61,657 nucleotides of DNA, taken from Candidatus Sericytochromatia bacterium (GTDB taxonomy: Bacteria > Cyanobacteriota > Sericytochromatia > S15B-MN24 > VGJW01). The stretch is from the NCBI GenBank assembly GCA_035285865.1, contig JAYKHS010000002.1, positions 1 to 61,657 of the forward strand, in the 5' to 3' direction. Of the stretch, positions 56,799-61,657 are shown in pieces. The notes beneath the pieces were generated by a model. It saw only the letters and a program-made list of their open reading frames with translations, was not told the DNA's origin and did not search any database. Both the position numbers and the translations under genes were made by a program. The first letter of the stretch is position 1. Every line of letters begins with the position of its first letter.

Positions 56799-58811
56799 TC
56801 ACCCTGCCCTGAGGATGGCGTCCAGCCGCTGGCGCAGTTCCGGCGTAGTCAGCGTGCGGGCATCGTTCCTTGGGCCCGCAGCCTCCTCGGCAAGCCGGCG
56901 AAGTTGCTCGATGGTATCGGAGCCGAGATCCCGACGCTCAAGCGCACGCAAGGCATCGTCCACGACTGCGATGCGGGCACTCTGGCTCAGCCGGAATGCC
57001 TGAAACTCCTGCGGCGTGAACTCGCGTCCCTCCGGAGACTTCCTGCCCACCATCGCAGCCCGAGCCTCCATTTCTGCCGCCAGATCCTGACGCACCGAAC
57101 TCAAGTGCAGCGCCGCAGCCTGGGCCTGGTGCCGGATTGTCACGGAGGCCGGGGCAGCAGGGTCGCTTTGACGGCCGCGAACGGCGGCCTGAACCAGAAC
57201 GGCGTGGATCTCCTGCGGGGTATATTCAGGGCCTTGCTCCGTCCGGGTCAGCATGCCCGCGATTCGCTGGGCATCATCTGGACGAAGTTCGCCACGACGC
57301 AACATGCCCTGAGCCTTTTCGAGCATGCCCAACTGAGCGCCGATGGCCATCTTCCAAGCGTTCTGCTCCGCAGGAGTTACCCCCTTGGGCGGATACGCGA
57401 GCCGCTGGGCCATGCTGGCCATCAGATCCTGTGCCGCGGAGCCGATCGACAGAGCGGCTGACTGGATCTGGCCGGACTCGGCAAAAGGTACCCGCCTCCG
57501 GGAAGCATAGGCCATGCCGGCAAGTATTGCATCCATCTCCTGCGGCGCCCGCTCGAGCCCTGTGCCATCGGGACGACCATAGCCCTCGAAGGCCTCTCCC
57601 AGTTTGTCGATTGCATCCTTGGGCAGTTGTCCATGCTCCAGCAGGCGCAGGCCCTCCTCCACGTGCCGCAAAGTCGTGGCCCGAGCCATCACGAACGCAC
57701 GATGCTCCTCCGGTGTGTACCGGTGGCCATCCGCGTTCTTCTTGCCGATCATGGCCGCTCGCCCCTGCAATTCCGCCCTGATGTCCTCGCGCATCGAGGC
57801 AAGCTGCAACGTCGCATTCACAACGGATGTCTGCTCTGCCCGGGCTTCCGGGGAGAGCGGAAGCTGCTTGCCTGCCTCGAAGCCGATGCTGACCAGCTTG
57901 GCGTGGACTTCCTGAGGTGTGTAGGCATTGTCGCCCCGACCCATGTCCTGGAACAGACGACCCAGTTCACGAGCCGATGCCTCCGGCAGGTCGCCGGCTT
58001 TCAGCAACCGCATGGCCTTGTCGGCCAGCCGCAGCATCGTCTGCTGACCCTGCGCGTAGGCCTTGTACTCCTGAGGGGTGTAGACGTGCCCATCGGCGTT
58101 CTTCCTGCCGACCATCGCGCGGCGAGCCTCGAGTCCTGCGAGGATGTCCTGACGAGCCGACGACACGAGCAAGGTGGCCGCGACAAGGGCCTCGCGCTGA
58201 GCCACCACGTCGGGCGCGTGTGGCTCGGGGTTGCGGCTCAGGAACGTCATGTCGACGAGGGCCGCATCGATCTCCTGCGGCGTCCGTTCGAGACCTTCCT
58301 CCAGACCAGCCCCTCCTAGCAGGTCCTCCAATCGGCGGGCCTGGGTTGCGGAGAGGTTGTCATGCCGCAACATCGCAAGGCCGCGATCCACGAAGCCCAA
58401 CTGCGCTTGCAGGGCCGACCGTCTGGCGGCGACCTCACCGGCGGTGTAGGGACTGTCCGGCCGGGAGGCCATGCGTCCGAGATTCTTCAGGTCCTGAGTC
58501 AAGGCTGCCCGCCGGCTCCCAAGTGCGTGGGCGGCATCAACGACGGACTTGTGATGCGCGATGGCGTCTGCACCGACAGGACGACCATAGCGCGCGATCC
58601 ACGCCTTGCTGGCGGCGGCCGCCGAAGCCTCGGCATCGCCCCTGGCCGACTGCTCGGCATCGACAGGCTTGGGCAAAGGCTTCGTGCCCAACTGCAAGCG
58701 GTCGGTTCCGGCAGCTGACCGCACGCTGGCGGACGCATCACCCGAGGGAAGCGGAGCTGTGCGAAGGGGGCCGGCGGTGGCGGGTGAAAGGCCCGTGCGA
58801 CGAAGTTCCAT
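56799..58811 (-). CDS. 670-aa helical protein made of five tandem ~115-120-aa repeats
   Basis: Each unit has A...L.S.R.D...(M.G+K..DG..)YTP.E...L..L..G.L...TPQE..A.L; disordered N-terminal leader; GGAG RBS. Confidence 0.8.
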   Translation of the reverse strand: MELRRTGLSPATAGPLRTAPLPSGDASASVRSAAGTDRLQLGTKPLPKPVDAEQSARGDAEASAAAASKAWIARYGRPVGADAIAHHKSVVDAAHALGSRRAALTQDLKNLGRMASRPDSPYTAGEVAARRSALQAQLGFVDRGLAMLRHDNLSATQARRLEDLLGGAGLEEGLERTPQEIDAALVDMTFLSRNPEPHAPDVVAQREALVAATLLVSSARQDILAGLEARRAMVGRKNADGHVYTPQEYKAYAQGQQTMLRLADKAMRLLKAGDLPEASARELGRLFQDMGRGDNAYTPQEVHAKLVSIGFEAGKQLPLSPEARAEQTSVVNATLQLASMREDIRAELQGRAAMIGKKNADGHRYTPEEHRAFVMARATTLRHVEEGLRLLEHGQLPKDAIDKLGEAFEGYGRPDGTGLERAPQEMDAILAGMAYASRRRVPFAESGQIQSAALSIGSAAQDLMASMAQRLAYPPKGVTPAEQNAWKMAIGAQLGMLEKAQGMLRRGELRPDDAQRIAGMLTRTEQGPEYTPQEIHAVLVQAAVRGRQSDPAAPASVTIRHQAQAAALHLSSVRQDLAAEMEARAAMVGRKSPEGREFTPQEFQAFRLSQSARIAVVDDALRALERRDLGSDTIEQLRRLAEEAAGPRNDARTLTTPELRQRLDAILRAG

Positions 58812-58985
58812 GCGAGCGGTCTCCAGATGAACGAGGTCATGAACCTATCGCTGAAGTGCGCGATCAGGACGCGCCCGGACCCGAAGATTTCACGAAGTCT
58901 TCACCAAGCCTGCCTGCGGCCAATGGGCAGGCGTGGAGTTGCAGCCGACAACGGGAACACGAAAGGTACACCGGCCAGAATTCTC

Positions 58986-61058
58986 ATGACCGCAAGAACC
59001 CCAACCACGCGCAGGATCATCCTTTCTTGGCTTGCGTATTTGCTCCTTGTTGCCGGCTGCAGGACCGGGTTCGGTTCCGGTTTATCCTCGACCGCGGGTG
59101 TCGGGTCCGCGACTGCGACCGCGACCGAGAAACCGGAGACGACCGTCAGCCCAAGCCTGCTGACGATTGTCGGCCAAATCCTCGGTGAACAAGGTGAACC
59201 GGTCGCAGCCATCGCCGTTCGCGCCTACTCGGTCAACGAACTGCCGGAAGGGTCGTCCGCAGCACTTGTTGCCAACAACGCAGCCGGACTCGTCGCCAAC
59301 AATGCGGCCGGGCTCAGCACGGAGCGGGTGTCGGCAAGTGATGCAAGGACCAGAATCCTGACGCAAAGCGTGCCGCAGCTCACCACCCAGTCCTCGGGCA
59401 CGGTCATCGCTCTGACGGACGGGCAAGGGAGATTCAGGTTCGAGCTTCCGCCGGGACGCTACAATCTGGAAGCCGTTCGCAACGCCACGAAGAAGGCATG
59501 GCTGCCGCAGGTGCAGTTGGATGCGGCTGTCGCTGCCAGCCCGGTAACGCTCAGGATCCGTGACACGGCCTCGGTCCGCGGTCGGTTCGGTCTCATTCGC
59601 ATCAAGGACCCGACCATTCGGTTGGACCAGACCGAGGTGCTCGCCGTGGGTTCGCCCTACGCCGCCAAAGTCCGCGAGGACGGTACCTGGCGGCTGGATG
59701 GCTTGCCAGCAGGAACGCACGACTTCCTCGTGTGGCATCCGCTGCTGGGCGTCGCCCGTCCATATCCCGAGTCCGAAAGCCTGCTGGAGAGCCGGGAGGA
59801 GGCCAGCTTCCCGGACGTCCTGCTTGCCCCCCGTGGTGAACCCTGGGGCCTTCCCGGGTCCTCCGCAACTCCGAGCGTCGCTCCGGACGCCATGGCTTCC
59901 GCCACCCCACCCCCACAGCCCACACCAACACCTGAGCCGACGGCAACGCCCACGCCGGTGCCCTCGCCGACGCCCGGGCCGACGGCAATGCCCACGCCGG
60001 AGCCCACACCAACACCTGAGCCGACGGCAACGCCCACGCCGGAGCCCACACCAACACCTGAGCCGACGGCAACGCCCACGCCGGAGCCCTCGCCGACGCT
60101 CGCACCGCTGGCTCAGCTCGAAGGCATCTGGGCTCGAGAAGGAACGGCCAGAACCTTCTCGGTATCCGGCGATGGCAAGGCCCTCGCGGTGGGGCTGCTC
60201 GCGGGACAGAGCTCCGAGCTCTATCGGGTGTACGACCTCGAAACGGGAAGCCTGCTCCTTGAAGAGTCTGCCTCCTTGCCCATCGAGGCAATCCACATCG
60301 AAGGCAGCCCGGTGGGGACCGAGTACAACGTGACCACGGGTAGCCTTGGGGGTCTCCTCCGACGATTCACCATGGCGGAACTCAAGGCCGACAGCAACCT
60401 GTCGACCACATCCCAGACGAACCTGGCCGCCCAGAATGAAGTGTTCTCGTTCAGTCGCGTCTACCCCAACCTCACGGGCAGCGTAGCCTGCATCGTGGGT
60501 TCAGAGGCCCGAATCGCCTGGCGCAACATGGCCACGGGCGCCGTGGTCGAGGCCATCCCGATGTCCGGCCCCATCCAGGTTGCGACCCTGCGAGGCAACA
60601 CGCTCGCCGCAGCAGACGGGCGCCGGGTCAGGATCCTGAACTATGGCCAAAGGACCCTCGTGCTGACCACCGATGAGGTCGCAGCCGACATCGTGGGACT
60701 GTCGCTTTCGGGAGACGGAAAGCGACTGGCAATCGCCTGCAGCAACGGTGATCTGATCGTGCTGTCACTCCCGGAGGGCGTCGAGATCACGCGCTGGCAA
60801 AACGCGAATCCACTGACCGCCGTGGCCCTCTCCCCCGATGGCCTGTACGCAGCAACGGCCGACAACCGAGGCTTCCTGCAACTGTTGGATGTGGCCAGCC
60901 AGACGCTGATCTGGAACCCGAGTGCGCTGTTCGCTCCCTTGACCGATCTGCACTTCACCCGAGGCACCGCCGATTCCGAAAACGGTTCTCGCCTTGTCGG
61001 CCTCGCCAGCACCGGCGTCCACATCTACCGCATGAACTGGCCGCAGCCCCAGCGTTGA
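58986..61058 (+). CDS. Lipoprotein with two carboxypeptidase-regulatory-like (prealbumin-fold) domains, PT linker and C-terminal WD40-like beta-propeller
   Basis: Lipobox LVAG-C; G.I....G.PV....V, TDGQGRF.F.LPPGRY.L, DG.W.L.GLPAG; S.DGK.LA, LSPDG...ATA blades; start ATG 58986. Confidence 0.8.
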   Translation: MTARTPTTRRIILSWLAYLLLVAGCRTGFGSGLSSTAGVGSATATATEKPETTVSPSLLTIVGQILGEQGEPVAAIAVRAYSVNELPEGSSAALVANNAAGLVANNAAGLSTERVSASDARTRILTQSVPQLTTQSSGTVIALTDGQGRFRFELPPGRYNLEAVRNATKKAWLPQVQLDAAVAASPVTLRIRDTASVRGRFGLIRIKDPTIRLDQTEVLAVGSPYAAKVREDGTWRLDGLPAGTHDFLVWHPLLGVARPYPESESLLESREEASFPDVLLAPRGEPWGLPGSSATPSVAPDAMASATPPPQPTPTPEPTATPTPVPSPTPGPTAMPTPEPTPTPEPTATPTPEPTPTPEPTATPTPEPSPTLAPLAQLEGIWAREGTARTFSVSGDGKALAVGLLAGQSSELYRVYDLETGSLLLEESASLPIEAIHIEGSPVGTEYNVTTGSLGGLLRRFTMAELKADSNLSTTSQTNLAAQNEVFSFSRVYPNLTGSVACIVGSEARIAWRNMATGAVVEAIPMSGPIQVATLRGNTLAAADGRRVRILNYGQRTLVLTTDEVAADIVGLSLSGDGKRLAIACSNGDLIVLSLPEGVEITRWQNANPLTAVALSPDGLYAATADNRGFLQLLDVASQTLIWNPSALFAPLTDLHFTRGTADSENGSRLVGLASTGVHIYRMNWPQPQR
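59265..59315 (+). repeat. Tandem 8-aa repeat LVANNAAG x2 (+L)
   Basis: Identical peptides with several synonymous codon differences between the copies. Confidence 0.85.
59917..60099 (+). repeat. 42-bp coding tandem repeat (about 4.4 copies) encoding EPTPTPEPTATPTP
   Basis: Identical units AGCCCACACCAACACCTGAGCCGACGGCAACGCCCACGCCGG at 59917, 60001 and 60043; variant unit at 59959; partial unit at 60085. Confidence 0.92.
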
Positions 61059-61184
61059 CGGTTTTGCCAAGACCTATCCAAGGGTCAACACGCCGGTCAG
61101 GGAATACGAGGGAATCGTCAGATGCAAGGCCCTGTCTGCAGTCCGCGTCGTCAGAACACCGAACGGCGCCGGTGACAGATCAGG

Positions 61185-61429
61185 CTATTCGAAAAACCGG
61201 TTGCGCCCGCCCCTGCCCCGCCAGTGGGCGAAGGTCTTGCTGAAGCCCGGGACCTCGCGGTTCAGGCCCATCTCGAGAGCCGCCTCGATCTTCTGCTCTG
61301 AGCTTTGAACTGGGCCTCGCCACCCTTCTTGATGTGCCGGGGATCGTCGTACAGGTAGCGCTCGGGGATGGCACCCTTCATTCGCCCCCCCCATGATGAT
61401 CCGCTCGACGCTGACGCCCTTGCTGTGGT
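61185..61429 (-). pseudogene. 3' remnant of an unidentified gene cut by the IS3 element, apparently frameshifted
   Basis: Protein-like segments alternate between frames (NHSKGVSVERIIMGG / MKGAIPERYLYDDPRHIKKGGEAQFK / EQKIEAALEMGL...RNRFFE); a C8 run lies at one junction. Confidence 0.45.
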
Positions 61430-61657
61430 TGACCTGCTCCCCATAAACCGCCCCATCCAAAACTGGGATTTCCCGGGCACAAGCCCAGAAGGAGAACCAG
61501 ATGAAGACCAGCAGGTTCAGCGAGGAGCAGATCATCAAGGCCATCAAGGAGGCCGAGATGGGCAGGAAGGTCCCGGACATCTGCCGCGACCTCGGAGTGT
61601 CCGAGGCGACCTTCTACGCGTGGCGCAAGAAGTACGGCGGCATGGATGTCAGTCAGG
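61430..61657 (+). mobile_element. IS3-family (IS407-group-like) insertion sequence, left end; continues beyond the window
   Basis: Left end begins TGACCTGCTCCCC; orfA from 61501 after AGGAG reads MKTSRFSEEQIIKAIKEAEMGRKVPDICRDLGVSEATFYAWRKKYGGMDVSQ. Confidence 0.92.
61501..61657 (+). CDS. IS3-family transposase OrfA (partial)
   Basis: HTH_Tnp_1-type F.EEQI...CR..G.S.ATFY.WR.KYGGM; absent from the ORF track because it has no stop in the window. Confidence 0.92.
   Translation, partial: MKTSRFSEEQIIKAIKEAEMGRKVPDICRDLGVSEATFYAWRKKYGGMDVSQ

Noticed and set aside
56451..57461. 336-aa ORF as a full transposase
   Set aside because: Only the first ~85 aa are IS481-like; the rest is read-through antisense to the repeat protein, with no DDE core.
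59917..60099. Tandem repeats as a CRISPR array
   Set aside because: Contiguous 42-bp in-frame units with no unique spacers, encoding a PT linker; no cas genes.
61185..61580. 131-aa minus-strand ORF as a real gene
   Set aside because: Chimeric: its first part is antisense to IS3 orfA and the IS left end, the rest belongs to the interrupted gene remnant.
1..61657. tRNA, rRNA, integrase or prophage genes
   Set aside because: None recognised by eye; intergenic spaces are short and lack T-loop/CCA cloverleaf patterns.

Overview
High-GC (roughly 65-70% by eye) bacterial chromosomal segment. Cyanobacteria-like MinE, MenB and DUF3370, no photosynthesis genes in the window, and an LVANNAAGL-repeat lipoprotein suggest a non-photosynthetic relative of Cyanobacteria such as Ca. 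Sericytochromatia (inference only). Contents, left to right: (1) maf-mreBCD-mrdA-minCDE(-rodA?) shape/division operon; (2) a GbsR-type regulator beside a divergent menaquinone cluster (menG, polyprenyl synthase / menFDBACE) with a perfect inverted-repeat operator candidate; (3) an SRPBCC-TIGR01777 fusion, a TolC/HlyD/ABC exporter, surface-polysaccharide genes and a flavin amine oxidase; (4) about 10 kb of lineage-specific proteins (two papain/C39-type peptidases, one with EF-hands; lipoproteins; a 946-aa repeat beta-protein; DUF3370); (5) an LMW phosphatase and an orphan dmpFG pair; (6) a heme-copper oxidase cluster; (7) a decaying accessory region (FGE-domain remnant, degenerate MNT-HepT toxin-antitoxin pair, IS481 and IS3 elements, a 5-repeat helical protein, a beta-propeller lipoprotein). 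The strongest candidate for new biology is the oxidase. It is an A-family (GHPEVY) cytochrome c oxidase that keeps all metal ligands and the core D-channel, but by eye it has lost the whole K proton channel and gained three membrane glutamates. It sits next to a heme O synthase-Cox11 fusion and several His-rich partners. No rRNA, tRNA or CRISPR array was seen. All alignments are by eye; no searches were run.
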